A stretch of 64,000 nt of DNA, taken from the NCBI GenBank assembly GCA_964513145.1, contig CAZELK010000006.1:2051-66050 (forward strand), given 5' to 3'. This stretch comes from Candidatus Woesearchaeota archaeon (lineage in GTDB: Archaea; Nanobdellota; Nanobdellia; SCGC-AAA011-G17; JACPIM01). The position numbers were made by a program, and so were the translations under genes. Positions 50,287 through 59,094 of this stretch are shown one piece after another; position 1 is the first letter of the stretch; each line of letters starts with the position of its first letter. The notes beneath the pieces are model-generated. The model did no database searches. It worked only from the letters and a program-made list of their open reading frames with translations, and was not told where the DNA came from.

Positions 50287-50940
50287 CTAATAGATAATAA
50301 ATTCAGACATTGGACCATTGCCATTTCCACGAAAATGAATTTTTTTTGCATGCAGGTTATAGCGATTAAATTCTGATATAGCAAGGCAACCTGAGAAAAT
50401 ATCATACTCATTGCTTCCTGTTATAACTACACCACCCACATTATAACCCTCTACTACGCCAAATGTTGGTGGGGGAATTTTATCTGTAAAAGGTATAGCA
50501 CCGCTGTTGCGCAATAAACTTATAATAGCATTGTCTGCTTCTGAACCAATTGCTATGAAGTTAGTTGAAAAAGGATCTTGTACATTTCTTGCTTCTTGAA
50601 TTACATCCTGAGAAAAGGATGCATTAGAACCATATCTCCTTTTGACTTCAGCTTCTAAGTCTATTTTTATTTTAAAAGCACCTTGACGTACTTGAGAAAT
50701 TGGATTTATTGAATTACTACGACTAATATTACTACCAATAATAATTCTTGAGGTTTGATAGCTTATTATAAAATCATCTAATCTTTTATCTATATAGTCA
50801 AGCTGAATGCCTCCTTGCAACTGGGTTGATTTTTGACTTGATGATGAACTACCACAACCATAATTTTTGCCAATAACAATTGCTGCAAGACCTTTTGCTG
50901 CTACAGAAAAAAACTCTCTTCGATTTAATGATTTTTTCAT
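50287..50940 (-). CDS. Tat-signal (twin-arginine) exported protein, function unknown
   Basis: 217 aa. N-terminal NRREFFSVAAKGLAAIVIG is a classic Tat motif. Gene GC is visibly above the window average. Confidence 0.55.
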   Translation of the reverse strand: MKKSLNRREFFSVAAKGLAAIVIGKNYGCGSSSSSQKSTQLQGGIQLDYIDKRLDDFIISYQTSRIIIGSNISRSNSINPISQVRQGAFKIKIDLEAEVKRRYGSNASFSQDVIQEARNVQDPFSTNFIAIGSEADNAIISLLRNSGAIPFTDKIPPPTFGVVEGYNVGGVVITGSNEYDIFSGCLAISEFNRYNLHAKKIHFRGNGNGPMSEFIIY

Positions 50941-51041
50941 ATAACACCCCTAATTTAGTTTGATTATATAACTTAATAAATATTATTGTAGTTAAGACAT
51001 CTTTCGAAAGGTTAAAATCTTTAAGTGTTTTTTAAATAGGT

Positions 51042-51275
51042 ATGGCTAAAATAAAATACAAAGTATTGTGCAAGAAATGCAAGAAATATTTTACTCCTGT
51101 AAAAAGCAAAATATCTTATTTGGGTTATTGCAAAGAATGCAGTTTTATACCTGGCAAATGCAGATTCATCACTGAAATTGGCTATCCTTGCGTAAATGAT
51201 GCTGAATTTTTTGGCTATTGCATACAACATTTTTTGAAGGTTCCTTTATCTAAATTGACAAAAGAAGTGAAATAA
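51042..51275 (+). CDS. zinc-ribbon protein (77 aa), hypothetical
   Basis: CKKCKK...CKEC pattern. Confidence 0.4.
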   Translation: MAKIKYKVLCKKCKKYFTPVKSKISYLGYCKECSFIPGKCRFITEIGYPCVNDAEFFGYCIQHFLKVPLSKLTKEVK

Positions 51276-51322
51276 TTTATGAAGAAAATTTTATAAAGTA
51301 ACTACTTCTCTGTTCTTTTTAT

Positions 51323-51503
51323 GTGGGGGTGCCAGAGCCTGGTCAATAAGTTTGACTAAATGGGCAGGAACAGAGTTGCTAAACTCAGATTGCCAAACTT
51401 AAGATTTCCTATGAGAAATCCTGTGGCTTAGTGCCTACGCAGGTTCAAAATAAGCTTTTGGAGCTCGTAACTCCTAGAACTTAGGAAAGCCCTGTCCCCC
51501 ACA
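51323..51503 (+). ncRNA. structured RNA, probably an intron-containing tRNA (tRNA-Leu-like)
   Basis: 7-bp terminal helix GTGGGGG/CCCCCAC plus A discriminator. The 5' part TG-CCAG-AGCCTGGTCAA matches the tRNA-Leu D arm with extra inserted nucleotides. The T stem GCAGG...CCTGT flanks TTCAAAA plus ~40 nt inserted. Candidate Leu anticodon loops are CTTAAGA and CTCAGAT. I could not fold the middle unambiguously. Confidence 0.35.
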
Positions 51504-51637
51504 TTTATCATTTTATAATTTATACCTACACTTTATCGCATTATTAATTATGTAGTGTTAACCCAAATAATAATCAAATTTATTTTTTGCAACTTATTCG
51601 AATAGTTTAAAAATAGATTTTAGTTCTGTTTTTTATT

Positions 51638-51762
51638 GCCTGGGTAGCTTAGCTAGTGGAGCACAGAATTCGCTCAGACCCTTGGTATAAACTTTGAAAG
51701 TTTTTATCAAAGCTAAGAAAACAAAAAGGGTGAGGTCGCGGGCGCAAATCCCGTCCTAGGCT
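51638..51762 (+). tRNA. intron-containing tRNA-like gene (possibly tRNA-Thr GGU) with an atypical T-loop
   Basis: Acceptor GCCTGGG/CCTAGGC plus T discriminator. D arm GCTT-AGCTAGTG-GAGC. Variable AGGTC. T arm GCGGG-CGCAAAT-CCCGT. A tentative anticodon stem GACCC/GGGTG with loop TTGGTAT requires a 13-nt and a ~40-nt insertion. Followed by T7. Confidence 0.45.
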
Positions 51763-51789
51763 TTTTTTAAACAAAATATTTTTGTATGC

Positions 51790-51948
51790 AACTTAAAAAC
51801 TTTTAATTAATGACAAAATAAATAATACTATGAAAATTACAAATAGAATTTTTGCTATTGATGCAGAAACTCCAGCAATAAATCTGAAACCTAATATGCC
51901 CGTTATTATTGCTACTATTAAAAATGTTAATGTCCAACCAAGCACCAT
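51790..51948 (-). CDS. DUF1328 / UPF0391 small membrane protein (52 aa)
   Basis: [51 protein letters not shown] matches the family consensus (M.GW...FL..A....LGF..IAG.A..IAKILF.IFL). Not in the track (<60 aa). Confidence 0.6.
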
Positions 51949-52076
51949 GATAGATAAATATTTTTAGCACTTATAATCTTATGTTGTGGTTTTTCAAACT
52001 ACAGCTATAAGAATTCTCATATTATCAAAGCTTCAAACTACGGAACTTATTTAAATAACAACCAAATAACAATCAT

Positions 52077-52547
52077 ATGGACTTAAAAGAAGAGTATGAA
52101 AAATTAAGAAAAAATTACAAACTTCCCAGTTATGAAGATTTAGACAGAGAATTTGAACTGCTTTATGTTGCCAAATTAGAAGAAATAAAATTCCCATTAA
52201 GATTTATCAGGAGAAGAATTACAGATAAACTTAGCTGGTTTTGCAATATGATGCAAAATATAATACAGCCCAATCCAGGTTCTTTAATAAGTCTAGAAGA
52301 AAGCAAGTTTTTTTCAGACAATGACAGAGCAAAAATAATAAATCTACTAAAAGAATTAATGTATTTTGAAAGAGAGTCGCTTATTTTAGAAGTTTATTTT
52401 AATGAAAAAGATGATGTTGAATTTATAAATAATATCTTTGACATCTGGGACAAAACAAAAAAAGAAATTAAATTTATAACAGATATACTTAAAAAAGGCT
52501 GGAAAAAAGAAATGAAAAAAGAGGAAAAAGAACATTATTTTGGCTAA
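52077..52547 (+). CDS. hypothetical cytoplasmic protein (156 aa), first gene of the pilus locus
   Basis: ORF in the track. Lies 2 nt upstream of the first pilin-like gene. Confidence 0.5.
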   Translation: MDLKEEYEKLRKNYKLPSYEDLDREFELLYVAKLEEIKFPLRFIRRRITDKLSWFCNMMQNIIQPNPGSLISLEESKFFSDNDRAKIINLLKELMYFERESLILEVYFNEKDDVEFINNIFDIWDKTKKEIKFITDILKKGWKKEMKKEEKEHYFG

Positions 52548-52549
52548 AG

Positions 52550-53221
52550 ATGAATAAAAGAGGTCAGGTTTATATCTTATTTGCATTAGTTATAGCCTTA
52601 GTTGTTTTTGTTTTAACTAATAAATCAAACATAATCAATATTACTCCTAGTGACAGCGAGTTTAAGGAGATATCAGAAAATTATGAAACTGAAAGCAGCA
52701 ATCTTGTAAGTTCTTTAATAAAATTTAATAAACTTGATGAAGAAATATCAGAACAGTTTGCAACATTCAGCATTTTATTTACACAATATTCAAAAAGCAA
52801 AAATCCTTCTTTTGGACTGGTTTATTTTCTTAATCACAATAATGTTTTAAGAGTAGGAAATTTTTTAGATAAAAATATAAAAGTAACTGGCGGCAGTTCT
52901 GATATTAATCTTGAGGGCTGTTATTCCCTTGTTCCTGTTTTTATAAATTATAATACTTTTCAAATAAACAATTATATTGATTATGAAACATACAGGCGCA
53001 ATTCTATTACTTCCCCATGTGTTAATGAAATAACACCAGCGCCTGATCAAATAATTTTGAAAATAGGTGATGAAGAAATTGAATATGAAGTTAATATTAT
53101 ACCACAACAACCCAGGGTTGTAGTCATAAGCAGGGAAAACTTGTTTCAAGACAGAAAGGTTTTTTTAGATGATCAATTTGTAAAAGGAAAAAGACATAGG
53201 GATAATAGAGATGATGATTAA
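52550..53221 (+). CDS. class III signal peptide (archaeal type IV pilin-like) protein
   Basis: MNKRGQVYILFALVIALVVFVL: a K/R-G-Q cleavage motif followed by a hydrophobic helix. Confidence 0.55.
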   Translation: MNKRGQVYILFALVIALVVFVLTNKSNIINITPSDSEFKEISENYETESSNLVSSLIKFNKLDEEISEQFATFSILFTQYSKSKNPSFGLVYFLNHNNVLRVGNFLDKNIKVTGGSSDINLEGCYSLVPVFINYNTFQINNYIDYETYRRNSITSPCVNEITPAPDQIILKIGDEEIEYEVNIIPQQPRVVVISRENLFQDRKVFLDDQFVKGKRHRDNRDDD

Positions 53222-53657
53222 AAAAAAGGGACAGTCTGAATTTGTAGCATATGTTTTGCTGATAGGCATGGCTGTTGCACTAGCATCAATAATCGGAGTA
53301 TGGAGTTTTAATAATGCACAAAAAGTTAGTGATAATATAATAAAACAAAACAAAATAGAAGAAAAATGCGACCAATTAGCTATTAGCAGCAAAATTATTT
53401 GCCTTAATAATGCTGTAGATTCTATTAGTATTTCTAACACCGGCTATTTTACAATTGATGAAGTTAAAATAACTAATCCAGAAACTGGGCTGGAAAATTG
53501 CTTTAATAAAGTCACAAAAATAAAACCAGGAGAGTCCAGGATTACACAAACTTTAAATAATTGCGATACTGCCATATTATTGCCTTTAGTCAAGATTTCA
53601 GATGATGAGACAATAGGGTGCAGTGAAAAAAAATTGGTGTTGAAATTAATATGTTAA
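53211..53657 (+). CDS. class III signal peptide (archaeal type IV pilin-like) protein
   Basis: MMIKKKGQSEFVAYVLLIGMAVALASIIG: KKGQ|S, a classic prepilin peptidase site. Confidence 0.65.
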   Translation: MMIKKKGQSEFVAYVLLIGMAVALASIIGVWSFNNAQKVSDNIIKQNKIEEKCDQLAISSKIICLNNAVDSISISNTGYFTIDEVKITNPETGLENCFNKVTKIKPGESRITQTLNNCDTAILLPLVKISDDETIGCSEKKLVLKLIC

Positions 53658-54103
53658 AATTTAGAAAGAGGGGTATTTCGCCTTTAATTGCAACTGTGTT
53701 GCTGATCGGGTTTACTGTTGCTATTGCAGCAATAGTAATTTTCTGGAGCAGAAATTTTGTAAAAGAAAAGGCAGAAAAAGAAGGTGCTTTATCAGAAAAA
53801 AAATTAAAATGTGAAAATGTAGAAATTGACATTAAAAGCATTGATAAATTAAATAAAAATATTGTTATTGAAAATAAAGGCAATGAGGACATTGATGGAT
53901 TTATATTAAGAGTTGTTTCTGGTGGTGTTGGATCAGATAAAATTACATTAAAATTAGAAGCTTTAAAAACAGCAACAATTACATATTCTTTTGATTTGGA
54001 AACAAATTCAAAAATTGATTTGATACCAGCATTAAAACCAGAAGGAACAAATGCACCTTTGGTTCCTTGCTCAAATAAACATAAAGTTATAAAAACTGAA
54101 TAA
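53651..54103 (+). CDS. archaeal type IV pilin (Pilin_N / class III signal peptide)
   Basis: MLKFRKRGISPLIATVLLIGFTVAIAAIVIFW. Confidence 0.7.
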   Translation: MLKFRKRGISPLIATVLLIGFTVAIAAIVIFWSRNFVKEKAEKEGALSEKKLKCENVEIDIKSIDKLNKNIVIENKGNEDIDGFILRVVSGGVGSDKITLKLEALKTATITYSFDLETNSKIDLIPALKPEGTNAPLVPCSNKHKVIKTE

Positions 54104-54120
54104 ATTTTAAGGAGGTAAAA

Positions 54121-54579
54121 ATGAGATTTTTAAATAAAAAAGGTATTTCACCTTTAATTGCAACTGTATTATTAATAGGATTTACTGTTGCCTTGGCTGC
54201 AGTAGTCATTACATGGGGCAGCGGATTTGTAAACAGGGTTACAACTGGCACTGACCAAAGAACTTCAAAGGCTATCTCATGCACAGGTGATCTGGATTTT
54301 GAAATTACAAAAGTAACATGTCCAGACACAATACTTGTCAATAACAAAGGCAATTTAGCTATTGAAAGCTTAAATTTAAGATTTTTTGATGAAAATGGAA
54401 ATCTAGCTGGAGTTCCTGCAACAACAGCGCCAATAGAAAAATATGAATTGAAATCAATTACACAAGCTATACCAGTTGGAACAACAAAAGTAGAGGCAAT
54501 TGCAACAGTTATAATTGACGGACAAGAAGCAGTATGCAGTGAAGCAGCAAAACAAAGAACATTTAGCCCAGCCTGCTAA
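54121..54579 (+). CDS. archaeal type IV pilin (class III signal peptide), paralog
   Basis: MRFLNKKGISPLIATVLLIGFTVALAAVVITWGSGFV. Conserved Cys at ~55 and at the C-terminus (..FSPAC). Strong SD aaggaggt 5 nt upstream. Confidence 0.75.
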   Translation: MRFLNKKGISPLIATVLLIGFTVALAAVVITWGSGFVNRVTTGTDQRTSKAISCTGDLDFEITKVTCPDTILVNNKGNLAIESLNLRFFDENGNLAGVPATTAPIEKYELKSITQAIPVGTTKVEAIATVIIDGQEAVCSEAAKQRTFSPAC

Positions 54580-54649
54580 ATTTTTTTCTTTTTTTATTAT
54601 TTATGAGTTAATATACTTCTTTATATAATTGAATTAATTTTATTTTTTT

Positions 54650-55111
54650 ATGGGGTTTTTAAATAAAAAAGGTATTTCACCTTTAATTGCAACTGTATTA
54701 TTAATAGGATTTACTGTTGCCTTGGCTGCAGTAGTCATTACATGGGGCAGCGGGTTTGTACAAAGAATTACAACTGGGACTGAAGACAGAACAACAAGAA
54801 CTGTAACTTGCACTAGTGATGTAAACTTTGAAATTACAAAAGTTGACTGTAATACAAAAGCAGTTACAATAACAAATACTGGTGATTTTCCTATCCTTGG
54901 ATTTACATTTAGATTTTTTAATAGTGGAGGCGATTATTTGGGAATGACAAATGGTGATGGAGCAAATAAATTTGAGGTTAAAATTATTAATCTTCAAAAT
55001 ATCCCTTCTACAACCAGCAAAGTAGAAGCTTTATCAACAATAATACTTGAAGGTCAGAATGTTACATGCAAAGATATAATCAAAGAAAAAATATTTAGTC
55101 CAGCTTGTTAA
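54650..55111 (+). CDS. archaeal type IV pilin (class III signal peptide), paralog
   Basis: N-terminal ~105 nt are identical to 54121..54579 bar one mismatch. C-terminal ..FSPAC. Confidence 0.75.
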   Translation: MGFLNKKGISPLIATVLLIGFTVALAAVVITWGSGFVQRITTGTEDRTTRTVTCTSDVNFEITKVDCNTKAVTITNTGDFPILGFTFRFFNSGGDYLGMTNGDGANKFEVKIINLQNIPSTTSKVEALSTIILEGQNVTCKDIIKEKIFSPAC

Positions 55112-55143
55112 TTCTGGTAGCTTAATGAATTAAAGGATTCTCG

Positions 55144-55716
55144 TCAAATCAACTTTTTAACTTTAACTCTTATTTTTTCCGGATATCTTTTCAAATAAGT
55201 TTCTAATCTTTTAAAATTTATTTTCTTTTTTATTTCTCTTAATAATTGTTTATCAATTGACTGATTAAAAACCACCATGTCAATAAATGTTTTTTCAATA
55301 TCTGAGTACGGAAAGTAAAAACTACCCTCTTTTAAAAGCTCAAAACCAAAAAAATACTTTTTATTAATATTTCTTATCAAAACATTTGTCCCCAAAAATT
55401 CTCTAATTCCCCTTCTAACTTTTTTTGTAGTTAAAATTACAGGTATTGTTTCCTGCTCCCATAAACCATAAAAACTTAAGGCGGTTTGCAATCCTAAATA
55501 AGCTGGTTTAAATGCAAAAACAGGAAGAGAACTTTCGTCATATTTTGTATAAAATCCCTTACCAACTTTTTTTACTTTATTTTTCTTTAAAAGATTTGAA
55601 ATTAATAATTTTGCATAGTTATTCTTTCCAATTATTCTCTCAATAGATTTAAAGTCTACTACTGGACTTCTTTCAAATAATCTCTCTATTTTTTTTAAAT
55701 GTATTTGTTTTCCCAT
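55144..55716 (-). CDS. AbiEi-like (type IV TA antitoxin-like) wHTH protein
   Basis: 190 aa. N-terminal ..LLKKNKVKKVGKGFYTKYD.. resembles the AbiEi_4 domain (L..G.l.rv.rGvY). Overlaps the upstream gene by 22 nt. Confidence 0.45.
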   Translation of the reverse strand: MGKQIHLKKIERLFERSPVVDFKSIERIIGKNNYAKLLISNLLKKNKVKKVGKGFYTKYDESSLPVFAFKPAYLGLQTALSFYGLWEQETIPVILTTKKVRRGIREFLGTNVLIRNINKKYFFGFELLKEGSFYFPYSDIEKTFIDMVVFNQSIDKQLLREIKKKINFKRLETYLKRYPEKIRVKVKKLI

Positions 55717-56174
55717 TTCTTTTTTATATAATCAAACATTTCGTCAGAAGAAGGAATAATTCCTTCAGTAATTATGGCTTTTAAATTACTTTCATCAATT
55801 GGTTTTTTATAATATTTAATTAGTTTTTCAATATCTTTATTGTGAATTTTAGAATTTTTCAACAAGAAGAAAATATCCCATAAATCCCTGACTTTAAATC
55901 TTTTTAGATAAGTATTAATTTTTTCAATTAAAAAATCTTCAATTGTCAGACTATAAATCGAGATTAAAGTCCCATCAGACATTTCATAATCACAAATTAC
56001 GCCTGAAATCTTTTGAAAGGTCGCTTCCAATCTAACAGAAGTTCTATCAAATTCCAGTTCAGAATAAATGCTATTTTCTGATATCTTTTTCTTCTTAATT
56101 TGAAATCCTATCTTTTTTAAATTTTCAAATAATAACTCAATTTTTGAATTATCGTTTGGAAAATAAAAATCCAA
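55695..56174 (-). CDS. AbiEii-like nucleotidyltransferase-fold protein (short)
   Basis: 159 aa. C-terminal VRDLWDIFFLL matches the AbiEii (DUF1814) RDlYDl..L motif. The N-terminal NTase motifs are degenerate or truncated. Confidence 0.4.
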   Translation of the reverse strand: MDFYFPNDNSKIELLFENLKKIGFQIKKKKISENSIYSELEFDRTSVRLEATFQKISGVICDYEMSDGTLISIYSLTIEDFLIEKINTYLKRFKVRDLWDIFFLLKNSKIHNKDIEKLIKYYKKPIDESNLKAIITEGIIPSSDEMFDYIKKKWENKYI

Positions 56175-56425
56175 ATCTTCAGAAAATCTTTTTCCCTGAT
56201 AACATCTCCATATCCCTGTTCCCCCATAAAACTGCTTTTTTTAAATAGAATAAACTTCCTGAACAATTAAATCCTGGGCATAAGCTATTTTTTTGTGAGT
56301 TTCCCTGTTCAATCTTATCTGCAAAGGTAATTTTTCCATATTATTAACAAAAGTTATATATCTATATATCTTTCTGTTAATATAATAAATAACTAAAAAA
56401 CTTTCTATTTTATATTATTTATTGT

Positions 56426-56546
56426 ATATTTACTCATTATTAATGAATTATAGATACGATTAATATGGTAAACCTTCCTACTATTCACTATCCTAATGAA
56501 ACTCCCACATAAATAGTGAATAATACCTCATATTTTCTATTGAGAA
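56426..56546 (+). repeat. direct repeat copy A (~121 bp core, diverged extension to ~56610)
   Basis: atatttactcattattaatgaattata...ttcactatc...aataatac[ct]tcatattttctatt[t]gagaa. About 85% identical to 59265..59386. Confidence 0.7.
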
Positions 56547-56640
56547 GTTTGCAAAATAGTTAATTTAGATTTGTCACTTATACAAAAAGCTTTCTAATAT
56601 TAATAGTAAACTTTATAAGTAAGCTTTCTATTTATATTAT

Positions 56641-57927
56641 ATGGATTTTAAAAGTATAATTAAAGAACAAAGAGAAGAACTCGAAAAAATAGAAAGAGAA
56701 GAAAAAATAATAGAAAGAACTAATTTAGAAGAGTCTAAAATAGCATTAAAATACCCAAATATACTTGCTATTTTAGGTATTAGAAGGTGCGGTAAGTCAA
56801 TTTTTTCATATTTATTGGCAAAACCACATAAATTTGCATACATTAATTTTGATGACGAAAGGCTAGCTGGATTGAAAAGTGGGGACTTGAACAAGATTTT
56901 AGAATCTTTTTATGAAATTTATGGAGATATAGAATTTATAATTTTAGATGAAATACAAAATATAGATAACTGGGAACTATTTGTCAATAGATTAAGAAGA
57001 ACAAAAAAAATAATCTTAACAGGAAGCAATTCTAAACTTTTATCAGGGGAATTATCAACTCATTTAACTGGAAGATACTTAAATAAATTATTGTTTCCAT
57101 TTTCTTTTAAAGAACTATTAAAATTGAAAGATTTTAAAGAAAATAATGTTTATACAACACAAGAAAAAGCAAAAATTATGGGACTTTTGCAAGAATATCT
57201 TGAACTGGGTGGATTCCCGGAAGCATATAAATTTGGAAGAGGAATAATTTTAAGAATTTATGAAGATATATTAACAAAGGATATTTTATTAAGACACAAT
57301 ATAACCAAGAGAGAAGAAATAAAAAAATTAGCTAAATACTTAATAACAAATTCTTCTGGAGAAATAACTTATAGCAAATTAGCAAAAATATTTAATATTA
57401 AACATGTTTCAACAATATCTAACTGGATTTCGTTTCTCGAAAATGCTTTTTTGATTTTTAGATTGGAAAGATTTGACTTTAAGTTAAAACAGCAATTTAT
57501 AGCTCCAAAGAAAGTATATTGTATTGATTCCGGACTTGTTAATTCAATAGGGTTTCAATTCTCAGAAAATAAGGGAGAAATTATTGAAAATGAAGCTGCA
57601 TTAGAATTACAGAGAAGAAAAGCTATAGATAAATCTCTTGAAGTTTATTATTGGAAAAACCATCAGCAGAATGAAGTAGATTTTGTTCTAAAAAGAGACA
57701 AAAAAATAGAAAGTTTAATTCAAGTCAGCTATATAAACTCAAAAGAAGAAATAAAAGAAAGAGAAATTAATTCTTTAATAAAAGCAAGCAAAGAGCTAAA
57801 ATGTAAAAATCTTGTTGTTATAACCTGGGATTATGAATCAGAAGAAAAGTTTTATGGAGAAGAGATTAAATTTGTTCCATTATGGAATTGGCTGCTTGGA
57901 TATAAAGAACATATTAAAATAAACTAA
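56641..57927 (+). CDS. AAA+ ATPase, AAA_14/DUF4143 family
   Basis: 428 aa. Walker A GIRRCGKS, Walker B IILDEIQ, DUF4143-like C-terminal half. Confidence 0.8.
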   Translation: MDFKSIIKEQREELEKIEREEKIIERTNLEESKIALKYPNILAILGIRRCGKSIFSYLLAKPHKFAYINFDDERLAGLKSGDLNKILESFYEIYGDIEFIILDEIQNIDNWELFVNRLRRTKKIILTGSNSKLLSGELSTHLTGRYLNKLLFPFSFKELLKLKDFKENNVYTTQEKAKIMGLLQEYLELGGFPEAYKFGRGIILRIYEDILTKDILLRHNITKREEIKKLAKYLITNSSGEITYSKLAKIFNIKHVSTISNWISFLENAFLIFRLERFDFKLKQQFIAPKKVYCIDSGLVNSIGFQFSENKGEIIENEAALELQRRKAIDKSLEVYYWKNHQQNEVDFVLKRDKKIESLIQVSYINSKEEIKEREINSLIKASKELKCKNLVVITWDYESEEKFYGEEIKFVPLWNWLLGYKEHIKIN

Positions 57928-57998
57928 GTCATCATTTATTGTTATCACTATTGATTTAAGACAATAATTTATATAGAGAAATTTATATAAAATTATAG

Positions 57999-58505
57999 AT
58001 GAGATTTTTAAATAAGAGGGGTATTTCTCCTTTAATTGCAACTGTATTATTAATTGGGTTTACTGTTGCCTTGGCTGCAGTAGTTATTACTTGGGGCAGC
58101 GGGTTTGTTAACAAGGTTACTTCAACTACAGAAGAAAGCACATTAAAAACAATTTCCTGCACTACTGATGTAAGTTTTGAAATTACAAAAGTAACATGTG
58201 ATACTGAACCTGGAAATCCAGATCCAAGCACAATAACTGTAGATAATCGCGGTAGTTTAGATATTGAAGGTCTAATTTTAAGATTTTATGATATTAATGG
58301 AGAGGTTTCTGGAGAAGCAACCAATACTGAACCCATTGGTAAATTCGAAGTTAAAACTATTTTGTTATATCCTGACACAATTCCGCAAGAAAAAATACCA
58401 ACTGAGACAACTAAAGTAGAGGCAATTGCAGTAGTCAAATATAATGATCAAAATTTAACTTGTGGTGGGAATGCAAGACAGAAATCATTTACTCCTTCCT
58501 GTTAA
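57999..58505 (+). CDS. archaeal type IV pilin (class III signal peptide), paralog
   Basis: MRFLNKRGISPLIATVLLIGFTVALAAVVITWGSGFV. C-terminal ..FTPSC. Confidence 0.75.
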   Translation: MRFLNKRGISPLIATVLLIGFTVALAAVVITWGSGFVNKVTSTTEESTLKTISCTTDVSFEITKVTCDTEPGNPDPSTITVDNRGSLDIEGLILRFYDINGEVSGEATNTEPIGKFEVKTILLYPDTIPQEKIPTETTKVEAIAVVKYNDQNLTCGGNARQKSFTPSC

Positions 58506-58512
58506 TTCTTAC

Positions 58513-59094
58513 ATGAAAAAAGGCCAGATATGGACATCAGCAGTTTTGTATATAGTTATAGGAGTAATTACAATATCAATTATTTTAAGTGCTGGGGTAC
58601 CTTTAGTAAATAAATTAAAAGATAAAAATACAATAATCCAAACAAAAGAATTAATGCTGGACTTGGATAAAGTAATTAGGGAAGTTAGAAATGAGGGGCC
58701 TGGTTCGAAAAGGGTTATACAGCCTTTTGTTATAAAGGATGGAAATTTTTTTATTAATACAACAAATAATGAAAATAAAATACAATGGATATTGAAAACT
58801 AGTGCTGTATTTGTTGAACCTTGTGGAAAAACAAAAGCAGACTGCTTAAGCAATAATTTAATTATTAAAGAGGGGCCTTTAAGTATTTATGACACTGATA
58901 CTATTGTTGAAGATGAATATATTATTAATTTGGAATTAGACTATGCTGGCGTTGGTTTTTTGAAAATGAAAGAGGGTCTTGGCAAAGATGCGCCTTTGCT
59001 AGGGAGATTTTCTTTTATAATTGAAAATTCTGGTGCTGATATTACAAGAAGTCCACCAACGAACCTGCCTGATTTGGATATTACAGTAAATTGA
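58513..59094 (+). CDS. class III signal peptide (pilin-like) protein
   Basis: MKKGQIWTSAVLYIVIGVITISIIL. The track ORF (58462) extends upstream into the preceding gene. Confidence 0.6.
   Translation: MKKGQIWTSAVLYIVIGVITISIILSAGVPLVNKLKDKNTIIQTKELMLDLDKVIREVRNEGPGSKRVIQPFVIKDGNFFINTTNNENKIQWILKTSAVFVEPCGKTKADCLSNNLIIKEGPLSIYDTDTIVEDEYIINLELDYAGVGFLKMKEGLGKDAPLLGRFSFIIENSGADITRSPPTNLPDLDITVN

Noticed and set aside
54087-54353. Minus-strand ORF (88 aa) antisense to pilin gene 54121..54579. A similar ORF at 57983..58231 is antisense to pilin gene 57999..58505.
   Set aside because: These are mirror ORFs of strongly supported pilin genes. Their protein sequences are just the reverse-strand reading of the conserved pilin N-terminus, so they are not independent genes.
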